From the human T2T-CHM13v2.0 reference genome, Homo sapiens, in assembly GCF_009914755.1 (NCBI RefSeq), contig NC_060947.1: a DNA stretch of 64,000 bases. One strand, given 5' to 3'. The number at the start of each line of letters is the position of its first letter. Positions within the stretch are counted from its first letter, which is position 1. The position numbers and the translations under genes were made by a program. The notes beneath the pieces were generated by a model, which saw only the letters and a list, made by a program, of their open reading frames with translations, made no database searches and was not told the DNA's origin. Positions 1 to 15,099 of the stretch are shown here, one piece after another.

Positions 1-94
1 TTGCATTCAACAAGTTATTTTATTACTTTATTGAGAAGAGGGGAAAAAGATTCTCGTTGTGTGTATTCATGATATCCCTGCCTTATTTGTTATT

Positions 95-1040
95 CCACTC
101 ATTCATTTGATCATTTCAGAAGTATTTATTGAAGTTCTTAACTATGTGCCAGGACTGAGTAAGGTGCTGGCAATGGCAAATTGATTAATTCAAATACAGA
201 CTCTGTCTTAGTAGAGATTATTCTCTTTAAGGGTTCAAATAAGGGTTGAAAACAATTAATCAGTCAAATAATTTTTGGTAAAGTTTAAAACTAAGGGAGC
301 ATATAGTAATGGCACCTACTAAGACTTCAATATCTCTGGCAAGGTTTCTCTGACAAAATGACATTTAATCTGAGACCTGGAAGATGAATAAAATTTAGCC
401 ATATAATATCCTGGAGGGGGCAGAGTATACAGGCAGGAGAATGAGTATGTGCTAAGACCCCAAAGAGACACAGCATGGCAATTCAAGTAACTGCAAAAAA
501 TTCAGTATAACTAGAGCTTGTTTTTTTTTGAAAAATAGTGAAAGATCAAGCTGGTAAGCAAAGCCAGACCATAAAAAGCTAGGCAAGCCATGTTCAATAA
601 ATTTGACTTAATCCTAAAGGACTGGGAAGACACTGAAGAATTTTAAGCAATGAAGTGACATCAGATAATTATGTTACAAAAAGGAGTGCTGTTTCGGTTT
701 GACAGCTGAATGGTGGGGTACAAACAGGAGAATAATTAGGTGATTTTTGAAGTAATCATAGAAGTGATTGTAGTAGGATGCAAAATTTGATTCAGGAGTA
801 TTTAGGTAATCCCACTGAATTGCACACTTACAAATAGTTATAATTGCAAAGCTTATGTTATATATATTTTACAAAAATAAAAAGAAATATTTAGTAAATC
901 AGATCTAGAGGACTTGTTGAGATTTTAGTTGTAGGAACTGTGGGGCTTATTGAGAAGGACACACAAATCTAAGGTAGTGAGTTGTTGATGGGGCTATACT
1001 TTGAAATACGGAAAATCAGAGAAGAAGCAAAGTTCAAGAT
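95..1040 (-). mobile_element. L2 LINE 3' fragment (ancient)
   Basis: Starts with cactcattcatttg...tatttattgaag...tatgtgccagg, the reverse complement of the L2 3' end. Degenerate L2-like sequence continues to about 1040, interrupted by a short L1M 3'-end piece at about 810-885. Confidence 0.75.
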
Positions 1041-1794
1041 TTGAAAACAGTTGAAGACAGCTCTAGTTTGTTGTATGACACTTCTTACTTTAATTTTATT
1101 TATTTCAGTTTAGTTCATAATTGAGGAACTACTTGAATAATTCTCTAAAAACATTTAAAAAGTCAAAGTTGTATTATTCACTTCAACTTAGCTTTCATCA
1201 TGTCGATCACAGTAATAGGCTGCAAATTTTTTGCCATTACAAAGACTATCAATAAGGTCAAATGTATTCATGAATAATGACCTTGAATGTGAGGTAAGCA
1301 ATGAAGGTGAGTGAGACTTCCAAAATAATTCAATTTTCATGGTAGCATAGAGAATGCAACCTCAATAAATTATAAAATATGCCAACGTTGGAAATTAGAT
1401 TATTGTGGCAAGCTGATAATACTCATACACTCCCCCATCCATGTAATATTTTAAAAAATAACAGAAAATGGCAGATATCCATGGAATGTTGGTAAACAAG
1501 AACTGGTAGGATAAGTGGCTCATAAATTTAGAAAAATTTCTAGAAGCTGGGAAAAAAGGAAGAAGTTGATTAATAAAAGAGGAAACATCAAATATGAACT
1601 GAAAATAATTCCAGAGAAATAAAAACAAATACTGAAACCAAAATCAAATTAGAAATAAAATAATGGAGAAGATTCTTCAAGACAGTTATCAGAGTAATTA
1701 AAGAAATGCACTCTGAACAGACGAAGTGTAAAACCTTCTTGTTCCATCCTACACAGCAGTTCAGTTCATATTCTGAACCTTGCTTCTCATTATA

Positions 1795-1943
1795 AATACT
1801 CAGTTTTTAAAAACACTGATGCTCGGGCCTCTCTCCTGGAAATTCTGAGTTAGGTGTTTTGAATTGAAGTATGAGTATTGAAATTTCCTAAAAGTTTCCT
1901 GGTTGGTTCCTATGTGCAGTCAATGTTCACACCACTGCACTAA
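1795..1943. mobile_element. MER5-type hAT-Charlie MITE
   Basis: ttaaaaacactgatgctcgggcc...gaaattctga...accactgcacta resembles the MER5A/B consensus. Confidence 0.65.
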
Positions 1944-2584
1944 AAAGAATAAATTACTTTTCTCTTTTCTTGCTTTTAATTTTTTACACACTCATTTGTT
2001 TTTGTTTCTTATCTCTTTTTTCAGTTATTTTTTCATTAACCATAAAATGCATGTGTGTGTGCACGCACGTGTGTGCACCTGTGTATGGATATGTATGTGT
2101 CCCCTAACATTATTGCCCAGAGGTGCAATGGTGTCAAGTAAACACTTCTTTTTCAAAACACAAACATCTCACTGAAACTGGAATTTTTGGAGGGCTACAG
2201 AATGATTGGAACACGCAAAGCATAAGACTCTTAATTTATGATTAAGAGTCTTGCCCAGGCTACCAAAAATGGACTTAGTTCCTAAAATAACTAGCCAGTT
2301 CATCAACAGAATTTGGAAAAACTTCTAGAAGAAATAAATGGGTAATGACTCACCACTTGTGCCTATCTATCCCCTAAATCTTTCCGTTTAGTACTGTCTG
2401 ATTAAACATTTGCAAATTATTAAGTCCTCAATTTTAGACACTTAATCGGGTAAAAGTGCAGGTGTTGATTCTGAGACAAAACTTGACATTTATTTCCTAT
2501 AAGTGATATTGAAAGTGAAAATAAAGCAAAGTCTAATTTCAAATAGGACCAACAATAAGAATGCAGTTGTTTATTCTCTGAGAA

Positions 2585-2986
2585 TTTTTTTTCTTCAACT
2601 TTTAAGTTTGGGGTGCACGCACAGGATGTGTAGGTTTGTTACATACGTAAACGTGTGCCAAGGTTGTTTGCTGCACAGATCATCCCATCACCTGGGTATT
2701 AAGCCCAGCATCCACTAGCTATTCTTCCTTATGGTCTCCCTCCCCCAACCCCTGACAGGCCCCAGTGTGTGTTGTTTCCCCTTACCCACGTGTTCATGTG
2801 TTCTCATCATCCAGAATTAACCCAAATGCCCATCAGTTATAGACTGGATAAAGAAACTGTGGTACATATACACCATGGAATACTATGCAGCCATAAAAAG
2901 GAACACAGTCATGTCCTTTGCAGAGACATGGATGGAGTGGGAAGCCATTATCCTCAGCAAACTAATGCAGGAACAGAAAACCAAAT
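2585..2986 (-). mobile_element. Short L1PA (older primate) with 5' inversion
   Basis: Poly-T plus L1PA 3' UTR on minus (2585-2810), then a plus-oriented ORF2 end (about 2817-2986). The two pieces are adjacent in L1 with about 30 bp missing. Degenerate TSD gtttattctctgagaa / gtttttctagagaa. Confidence 0.8.
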
Positions 2987-3344
2987 AAATCGTTTTTCTA
3001 GAGAAGACTCTTATTCATGTAGAATTAGAGAAGAGTAGAACAAGAGGTAACTCAGAATCCCCCCAAATAAACATACAGAGGAGGAATAAATAGATAGACA
3101 GGACTTTAAGGAGGTAAATTCACTTAATACCTTATACATCAGAGGAAAAGGCTCCTTATTTTAGCGAATGAAGGTCTTCATTATGTCCCCTACTTAGAAC
3201 CTTGGCCTGATTGTTGCTACTTCTTGCCTTTACACACCAGGCCTGCAGTTACCCCTACAGGAGGGGAAGCAGACACATGCAGCTGCAAAGAAAATCCACA
3301 TTGGTTGTTTCTTATCGGCAACATAACCTTCTTTTCCTCTAATG

Positions 3345-5390
<2,046 letters not shown>

Positions 5391-5759
5391 TATAAAAATT
5401 AATTGAAAATCATGACTCACTTGGCAAGGAGGAAAACTGACAGCATTAAAAAGAAATATCTTGAAAGCAAAAAGGGGAAAAAAGAAAACTCCCTCTGAAA
5501 CAGTAAATTTAGAATTAGAATGGAAATTCTAAGTGGCTAATTAGTACCCTAAGAGAGATTCTAAGATATTAAATTGATACAGGAGCAAGTTGCAATAAAA
5601 AATGAACAAAAATTAAGAAGGCTCCCATAAAATAATTATGTGCATGTATATGATGATAAGAATGAAGATCTGATCAATAGAATGGACACAGCTGAAAATT
5701 CGTTAGGAATATGATGGTAAGAAGAAAACCCTCATTACATGACTAAAATGGAAGAAGCA

Positions 5760-6177
5760 TGTTTTAGTCCATTTTCTGTTGCTTATAACAAAATAACCGA
5801 AACTGGGTAATTTATAAAGAAAATGAATTTATTTATTACAGTTTTGGAGGTTGAGAAGTCCAGAGTTGAGGGGCCACATCTGATGACAGCCATCTCGCTG
5901 GGGGGTAATCTTTGCAGACTCTCTAGACAGCTCAGGGCATCACATGGTGAGGAGACTGAGCATTCTTGCTCAGGTCTTTCTTCCCTTTCTTATAAAGCCA
6001 CTAGTTTCACACCTTCATGATGCATTAATTCATTAATCCATGAATAGATGATTTCATTTATGAGGGCAGATCCCTCACAACCTAATTATCTGTTAAAGAC
6101 CCCACCTTTCAATACTACCATTTTGGGGATTAAATTTTAATATGAGCTTTGGAGGGGACTAATATTCAACCATAGCA
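5760..6177 (-). mobile_element. MaLR (MST-type) solo LTR
   Basis: tg...ca ends (tgttttagtcc...aaccatagca) and a 5-bp TSD aagca/aggca. Confidence 0.85.
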
Positions 6178-6764
6178 AGGCATAAAAACATGAAAAAAGT
6201 AAAACAACAAAAGTCTACAGACATAGAGAATTAGCGTTTGTCTTCTAGAATACATCTAAAGGGAATTCCAGAATATTAAAACTACACCAAGTTTAAACAA
6301 AAGAAAAGAAATAAGAAGTGCTCTAATAATAAATAAGAGAAACACATTTACAAGAGTTGGATAAAGACAAATATCTCCAGGGTTTAAATGTCAAAAGATG
6401 AATGTAAAAAGATCCAGCACTAGTGACCTAATCTAGCAAAATTTCAGAATTAAAAGAAACAAAGAGAAATTCTATAAGCATGGGTCTGGGTCGGGGTAGG
6501 AAAGAACCTATCTATAAAATTGCAAATATATGTTTGGGACCTGATTTTTCATCATTGACAGCAGAAGTTAGAAGGCAATGATCTGACATCTTCAAAGTTT
6601 GTGATAAGATGATTTGGCATCTGAATTCTACATCAAATCAACTAAGCAAAATTATGACATTTTTCATGAGATAAATATTTAAAAATGTTAATACATATAC
6701 GGCTTAGCTGTATGAATTAGCCAAAGCTTATACACATTCACCAAATGAATAAAAATATAGGAAC

Positions 6765-9606
6765 ATTGTATATTTCCAGGAATTTATCCATCTCCTCTAG
6801 GTTTTCTAATTTGTGCACATACAGTTGTTCATAGTATCCTTGAATGACCTTTTATATTTCTGTGGTATCAGTTGTGATATCTCACATTTCATTTCTAATT
6901 GAGCTTATCTGAATCTTCTCTCTCCTTTTCTTGGTTAATTTCACTAATGGTCTATTGGTTTTGTTTTTTCAAAGAACTATTTGTTTCATTTATCTTTTGT
7001 ATTTCTTTGTTTCAATTTCATTTAGTTCTGCTCGATCTTTGTTATTTCTTTCTTCTGCCTGGTTTGGGTTTGGTTTGTTCTTGTTTCTCTAGTTCCTTGT
7101 TTGAGGTTAGATGGCCTATTTGTGCTCTTTCAGAGTTTTTGATGTAGGCATTTAATGCTATAGACTTTCCTCCTAGCACCGTTTTTGCTGTATCCCAGAG
7201 GTTTTGATAGGTTGTGTCATTATTATCATTCAGTTCAAAGAATTTTTTAAATTTCCATCTTAATTTCATTGTTGACCCAAAGATCATTCAGGAGCAGATT
7301 GTTTAATTTCCATGTATATGTATAGTTTTGAGGGTTCCTTTTTTAGTTAATTTCCAATTTTATTCCACTGTGGTCTGAGAGAGTACTTGACCAAAAGAAA
7401 TAGAAACTCTGAACAGACAAATAACAAGTAGTGATATTGAAACAGTAATAAAAAATTTGCGAACAACAAAAAGTCCAGGACCAGATGGATTCACAGAAGA
7501 ATTCTATCAGACATTCAAAGAAGAATTGGTACCAATACTACTGAAACTATTCCACAAGATAGAGAAAGAAGGAATCCTCCCTAAATCATTCTATGAAGCC
7601 AGTATTACCCTAATACCAAACCCAGGAAAAGACATAACAAAAAAAGAAAACCACAGAACAATATTCCTGATGAACACAGGTACAAATATCCTCCAAAAAT
7701 ACTAGCTAATAGAATCCAACAGCACGTCAAAAAGATAATCCTCCATAATCAAGCGTGTTTCATACCAGGGATGCAGTCATGGTTTAACATACACAAGTCA
7801 ATAAATGTACACAAGTCAATAAATGTGATACACCACATAAACAGAATTAAAAACTATCACATGATCACCTCAATAGATGTAGAAAAAACATTTGACAAAA
7901 TCCAGTATCCCTTTATGATTAAAACCTTCAGCAAAATCAGCACAGAAAGAACATACCTTAAGATAATAAAAGCCATCTATGACAAGCCCACAGCCAACAT
8001 TATACTAAATGGAGAAAAGATGAAAGCATTCCCCCTGAGAACTGAAACAAGTAAAGGAGGCCCACTTTCAGCACTTCTATTCAACATAGTACTGGAATTC
8101 CTAGTCAGAGAAATTGGACAAGAGAAAGAAATAAAGGACATCAAAATTGGTAAAGAGGAAGTCAAACTGTCGCTGTTCACCAATGCTATGATTGTAGACT
8201 GAAAACCTCATCCAAAAAGCTGCTGGACCTGATAAATAAATTCAGTAGAGTTTCAGGATGCAAAATCAATGTACACAAATCAGTAGCACTTCTATACACA
8301 AACAGTAACCAAGCTGAGAATCAAATCAAGAACTCAACCCCTTTTACCACAGCTGCAAAATAAATAAAATACTTAGGACTACACCTACCCAAGAAGGTGA
8401 AAGATCTCTACAAGAAAAACTACAAAACACTGCTGAAAGAAATCATAGATGACACAAACAAATGGAAACACATCCCATGCTCATGGATGGGTAGAATCAA
8501 TATTGTGAAAATGACCATACTGCCAAAAGCAATCTATACATTTGATGCAATTCCCATCAAAATATCATCATTATTCTTCCTAGAACTAGAAAAAAACATT
8601 CCTAACATTCATATGTTACCAAAAAAGAGACTGCATAGCCAAAGTAAGACTAAGCAAGAAGAACAAATCTGGAGGCTTCACATTACCTGACTTCAAACTA
8701 CATTAGAAGGCTATAGTTACCAAAACAGCATGGTACTTGTATAAAAGCAGGGACATAGACCAATGGAATATTATAGAGAAATAAAGCCAAGTACTTAACA
8801 GCCAACTGATCTTCGACAAAGCAAACAAAAATATGAAGTGGGGAAAGGACTCCCTATTCAACAAATGGTGCTGGGATAATTGGCAAGCCACATGCAGAAG
8901 AATGAAACTAGATCCTCACCTCTCACCTTGTACAAAAATCAACTCAGGATGGATGAAAGACTTAAATCTAAGACCTGAAACCATAAATTCTAGAAGATAA
9001 CAGTGGAAAAAGCGTTCTAGACATTGCCTTAGGCAAAGAATTCATGACCAATAACCCAGAAGCAAATGCAACAAAAATAAAAGTAAATAGATGAGACCTA
9101 ATGAAACTTAAAAGCTTCTGCACAGCAAAAGAAATAATTAGCAAAGTAAACAGATAACCCACAAAGTGGGAGAAAATATTCTCAAATAATCATCGCAAAT
9201 ATGCATCTGACAAAGGACTAATAGTCAGAATTTATAAGGAAATCAAAAAATCAGCAAGAAAAAAACAATCTCAGCAAAAAGTGGGCTAAGGACATGAACA
9301 GACAATTCTCAAAAGAAGATATGCAAACCACCAACAAAGATATGAAAAAAGGCTCAACATCATTAATTATCAGGAAAATGCAAATCAAAACCACAATGTG
9401 ATACAACCTTACTGCTATAAGAATGGCCATAACTAAAAACTCAAAAAATAATAGTTGTTAGGGTGGATGTGGTGAAAAGGGAACACTTTTACACTGCTGG
9501 TGGGAATGTAAACTAGTACAACTACTATGGAAGACAGTATGGAGACTCCTTAAAGACCTAAAGGTAGAACTACCATTTGATCCAGCAATCCCACTACTGG
9601 GTATCT
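6765..9606 (+). mobile_element. L1PB-like element with 5' inversion and missing 3' end
   Basis: Minus ORF2 segment 6765-7391, then plus ORF2 7392-9606 with RT peptides ([28 protein letters not shown]). Ends abruptly at ccactactgggtatct with no 3' UTR or poly-A. Confidence 0.88.
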
Positions 9607-9657
9607 CTTAGATATTAAGAGATATTAACAGATATTACTATGTCATAGAACTGTTAA

Positions 9658-9966
<309 letters not shown>

Positions 9967-11319
9967 CAGTAACATTAATTACTGATATATAGTAATTATA
10001 GTATAACTAATAGTATAAATTATAGTGACATAGTAATCCATTAAGTAATTGTCTATATTTTTTCATAATTTATAATGAAAATGTGTTAATTTAGATGAAA
10101 CAGAGTACAATGGAATAATATAAGTAATTACTAGAAGAAGAAAATAGGACACAAGAATTTCAACACAGAGCTTAAAAGGGAATAAATTAATATTGATAAA
10201 TATAAAAGAATCACAACATGTTTACTATTGCTTACAGAAAGAAAGTGGATAGTGCAATACGGATCTCATACAAGATAGAGTTGATGATAAATGCAGTAAG
10301 TGGACATAATGGCTTATTTCATATTGTCAAAAATTGTAGTCCAAGAGAACACAGTAGTCCTGAATATTATTGTCCTTAATAATCTGGCTTTAACAAAACT
10401 TTAGGTAAAATATGAATAATTATTGTAAGAAAAAATTAACCAACTTGCCATCTTAGTAGGATATTCATTAAAATTGATGGACCAAGTAGACCAAAAATAA
10501 ATAATGATATGGAAGATGTAAATAACATAAGTCAAAAGGGTGAGTACACAGAATAAATAGTTTTCAAACATGCTTGGAAAAATTATGTACAATAACTCAA
10601 AACAATATTTAAAAATTATTTTAAAAAGGGAAGAAAGGAAAAACCTCTATAAGTTACATTCACCCAATCTAATGCAATGAAAATGAAAAATGCAACAAGA
10701 TAGATTTTAATTCCAAACTACTTTTTATGAAGTTTAATAATAATAAAGCATTGATAATATAAATACGATTAAGTCTATAATAGAAATTAATACAGAAATG
10801 AGTAAAAGTGTACCTCATTTCAAAATTTTGGAAGGAGGTCAAATAGGAATTCATGAAAAAAATTTACAGCCTCAAGCACAAGTATTTTTTATGTATAACT
10901 TCTAACGTTAAAATATTTTTCAAATATATAAAAATATATAAATTAGAATTAAAAAGAAGAAAAGTAAGATAGTAGAAATATAAATAAACGAATTATTAAA
11001 AATGGATGAAGAAACCAAATGTTGCTTTTTGAAAAGATCAATAAAATAGTTTTATTATGTTTATTTTGAGATCAGGAATGAACAGAGAAAAATGTGTGTG
11101 ATAAAGACATAAAAAGAGTGAGCACATGCGTAGAATGATAAATGACAGCCAAATGTATGGAAGATACTATAAAAATTTTTTAAAAATATTTACCTTTATC
11201 ATATCAAAGCATGTGAAAATTTAGGGAAAAATATTTTATTCTGAAATAATATAAATCACTCAAATATAGGTCAAAATTATAGAAAACATGAATATATAAG
11301 AAACCAGGCTTAAAAACTT

Positions 11320-12775
11320 TAAGACTTAAAGATGGCAAGACCTGAAGCCATAAAATTCCTTGAAGAAAACACACACACAAAAATTTCTTGACATTGGTCT
11401 GGGCAATTCTGTTTTGGATATAGCACCAAAAGCACAGACAACAAAAGGTAAAATAAACAAATGAGACTACATCAAACTAAAAAGTTTGATTCAAAGTAAA
11501 CAACAAAACAAAAGGCAAGTTATGGAATAGGAGAAAATATCTGCAAACTGTATATCTGCTAAGGGGTTAATATTCAAAATCTGTAATAGACTCATGCAAT
11601 TCAATAGCAAAAATCAAACAACATGTAACCCAGTTAAAAATGTGCAAACTTCTAATATATACTAAAATATTTTAGTGTTTTGGATATATTTTAGATATTT
11701 AATGTTTTTAGTGCAAAGGACCTCAATAGACCTTTTTCCAAAGAAGACATTCAACACGTGGGCAATAGGAATGTGAAAAGGCATGTGACGTCACTATTTA
11801 TCAGAGAAATTCAAGTCAACACGACAATGAGATACCTCACACCTTTTAGAATGGCTATTATCAAAAAGACAAGAGATAGCAAGTGTTGGTCAGGGTGTGG
11901 AGAAAAGGGAACCCTTTGTACACTGTTGGTGAGAATGTAAATTGGTACACACATTAAGGAAAACAGTATGGAGGGTTCTAAAAAAAAAATTAAAAGTAAC
12001 CACCACACAACCCAGCAATCCCAATTCTGAATATATATCTAAAGGATATGAATTCAATATTTCAAAGAGATATTTGCATCTCTGTGTTCACTGGAGCATT
12101 ATTCACAATAACTAATATATGAAAAACTCCAAGTGTCAATTGATAGATGAATGGGTAAAGAAAATGTAACACATACACACACTCACACATACACAATGGA
12201 AAGAAGACAAGGAAGAAAATCCTGCCATTTGTGACCATGTGAATGAACCTGGAGGACATTATGTTATGTGAAATAAGCAAGATACAGAAAGACAAATACT
12301 ATATGATATCACTTATGTGGAATCTAAAAGAGTAACCCTCATAGAAGCAGAAACTGTAGTGGTGGTTGCCATGGGCTGGAAGATAGGAGAAATGGGAAGA
12401 TGTTGGTCAAAGGATCCCTACAAACTTTCAGTTATAAGATGAATAAGTTCTGGGGATCTAATGTACAACATGGTAACTATAGTTAATAATAAAGAATTGA
12501 ATTAACTTGAATTAAATTTCAAGTTAATAAAACTGGACATTTGCTTAGACAGTAGATCTTATGAATCCACAGCACATCTTATGTACCCTCAGCGCACACA
12601 CACACACACACACACACACAGAAAATGATAATCATGTGAAGTGATGGATGTAGTAAGCATAATCATTGTGGTAATCATTTCAAAATGTATGTGTATATCA
12701 AATCATTATGTTGTATGCCTTGAATATATAACATTTTTATTATCTATTTTACCTCAATAAAGCTGGGGAAAAGAA
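11320..12775 (+). mobile_element. L1MA (L1MA8/9-like) 3' fragment
   Basis: ORF2 C-terminus (ORF 11758-11940) and 3' UTR ending acctcaataaagctgg. Confidence 0.8.
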
Positions 12776-12821
12776 GCAGCAACTAGGCAATAAATAAAAA
12801 GCTGATAAAATCTCTACCCTA

Positions 12822-13104
12822 GGCCGGGCGCAGTGGCTCACGCCTGTAATCCCAGCACTTTGGGAGGCCGAGACGGGCGGATCATCTGAGGTCAGGAGTT
12901 CCAGACCAGCCTGACCAACATGGAGAAACCTCGTGTCCACTAAAAATACAAAATTAGCAAGGCATGCTGGTGCATGCCTGTAATCCCATCTACTCGGGAG
13001 GCTGAGGCAGGAGAATTGCTTGAACCCAGGAGACAGAGGTTGCGGTGAGCCGAGATGTGCCATTGCACTCCAGCCTGTGCAACAAGAGTGAAACTCTGTC
13101 TCCA
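12822..13104 (+). mobile_element. AluSp
   Basis: gaccagcctgaccaacatggagaaacc diagnostic. The tail is replaced by a (TA/TG)n repeat, and tacccta is repeated on both flanks. Confidence 0.9.
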
Positions 13105-13161
13105 GTATATATATATATGTATATGTATATATGTGTGTATATATATATGTGTGTATATATA

Positions 13162-13200
<39 letters not shown>
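13105..13200. repeat. (TA)n/(TG)n compound microsatellite at the Alu tail
   Basis: Direct reading. Confidence 0.95.
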
Positions 13201-13201
<1 letters not shown>

Positions 13202-14529
13202 CCCTAAATGGGCATCAAACCCAGACAGTGTTTATAGGTAAGTCTTACTAATTCTTTAATGAAGGTGACATATAAATTATTTCCAGAGCATAGCAAAAGA
13301 GACTGACATTTTATGCATTCATTCTTTGACTGAAAAAACAAATTGATAAAGACAGAGTACACACACAAAACACACATAAATACAAATACACTCAAACCTA
13401 TACATGAGTTAGACAATAAGAATAAAGGCAAATATTCCATATAAAATATGAACACACTGAATCTTCTCTCTATTAAAATAAAAATTATTCTTAGAATACA
13501 GATTGGCTAAATATTGAGAAATCCATCAATGTACATTATTACATTTTGAAACTAAAAGAGGGGAAAATAAATTCTGAAAAAACACTGAAAAATTTCCTAT
13601 TTCTAGATTTCAAAAAAGTTAGGATAAATTGAGAATAAAAGAAACTATTAATTTGATCAATTAAATCTACCAGAAAACTACATTAAGTAATACAATCATA
13701 TTTTTCAACATTAGCAAATGCTTCACAATAAAAATTAGGAAGAAAAGAAAGCTTCTATTACTAAATATTACATAGACAATCCATGAAAATAAAATAAAAT
13801 AAGGAAAATAAAGGAGCATACATGTTAGAACGGAAGAGAAAAAACTATCACATTTTTCAGATTACATGATTTTGTATTTAAAAGAATTTTAAAAAGCAGT
13901 TTCAATGCTTATGAAAATGTATTAGATGCCTGTACTACAAGCTAAATATACAGATCATCTTTCTGTACATACCAGTCACAATAATTATATTAAAATGTAA
14001 CTTTGGATTAAGTAATAACTATGATATATAGTAAGAATAAATTGACCAAATGCTGTGAAAGATCTCTATAGTCATATGGAGAAAACGTCAATGTTGAGTG
14101 GAAAGGAAGAATATAAAGTTCTATCTGGGAGACCTGTTGAAAGTGGGCTTATCCCACTATTAGGAGCATAGCAAAATTCAAGCCCCTTGGCTTAAACGTC
14201 TGCAAACATAATGATTCTTAATCAAAAGGTATGGAAATGAAGGAAAAATGAGAAGACTCAATATGATATAATTTGTCAAATCTCCTTATATCAGTTTATA
14301 TCAACTCTAATTTTAGTAAAACAGTATTTCATACAACCTGGAAGGTTTTTAAAAATATCTTGAAGAAAGATTGTATGATTTTAACCCCACAAAAATTTTT
14401 AAATGAAAAAGAATGAAGGTTTTCATATGACGTATAAAACAATATTAAAAAGAACTATCATTAAAACAGTGTAATTGTACTAAATGTACAAAATAAACCA
14501 ATGAAACACAGTAAAAAATTCAGATACAA

Positions 14530-14625
14530 ATATTATATATATTATATATACATTATATATACTTTATATATACATTATATATACATGTTATATATGCATT
14601 ATATATATACACATATATATACATT
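14530..14625. repeat. AT-rich degenerate (TATATACAT)-like tandem repeat
   Basis: Repeated attatatatac units. Confidence 0.8.
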
Positions 14626-15099
14626 TTAATACATGGTTAAAGTGCTATTTTCTATTAGTGGGCAAAGAAAGAGCTATTCAATGGTGGTGTGACAATTTGG
14701 CCATCCACTTATAAAACAAATGCTAATTATCTACCTCACTTTATATACAAGAGTATATTTAGGTAGATTTTAGGCTTAAATAAATTTTTATTATGATTAG
14801 ATGAAAATACAGGAGAATGTTTTCACCATCTGTAGATTCAATTTAAGTGATACTCCAAATCTCAAAGACGTAAAGAAAACAAAAAAATAAATTTGACAAT
14901 ATAAAAAGGAACTATTTTTGTCTGATGAAAACAAACACCAAGTTAATAATTACTTCTAAAGTGGAAGAAAATAACTGCAACACATTTGGCAAAGGATAGT
15001 CATAATATATTGAGAAATTATTTAGTTACACTAGGGAAAACAAAGCAATTAAATTTAATTCCAAAGGAAAGACAATAGAAAATTGGTTGAAATATATGA

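Noticed and set aside
1200-1330. Plus-strand donor-like motifs gaggtaag and aaggtgagt
   Set aside because: No convincing acceptor or reading frame; cannot support an exon.
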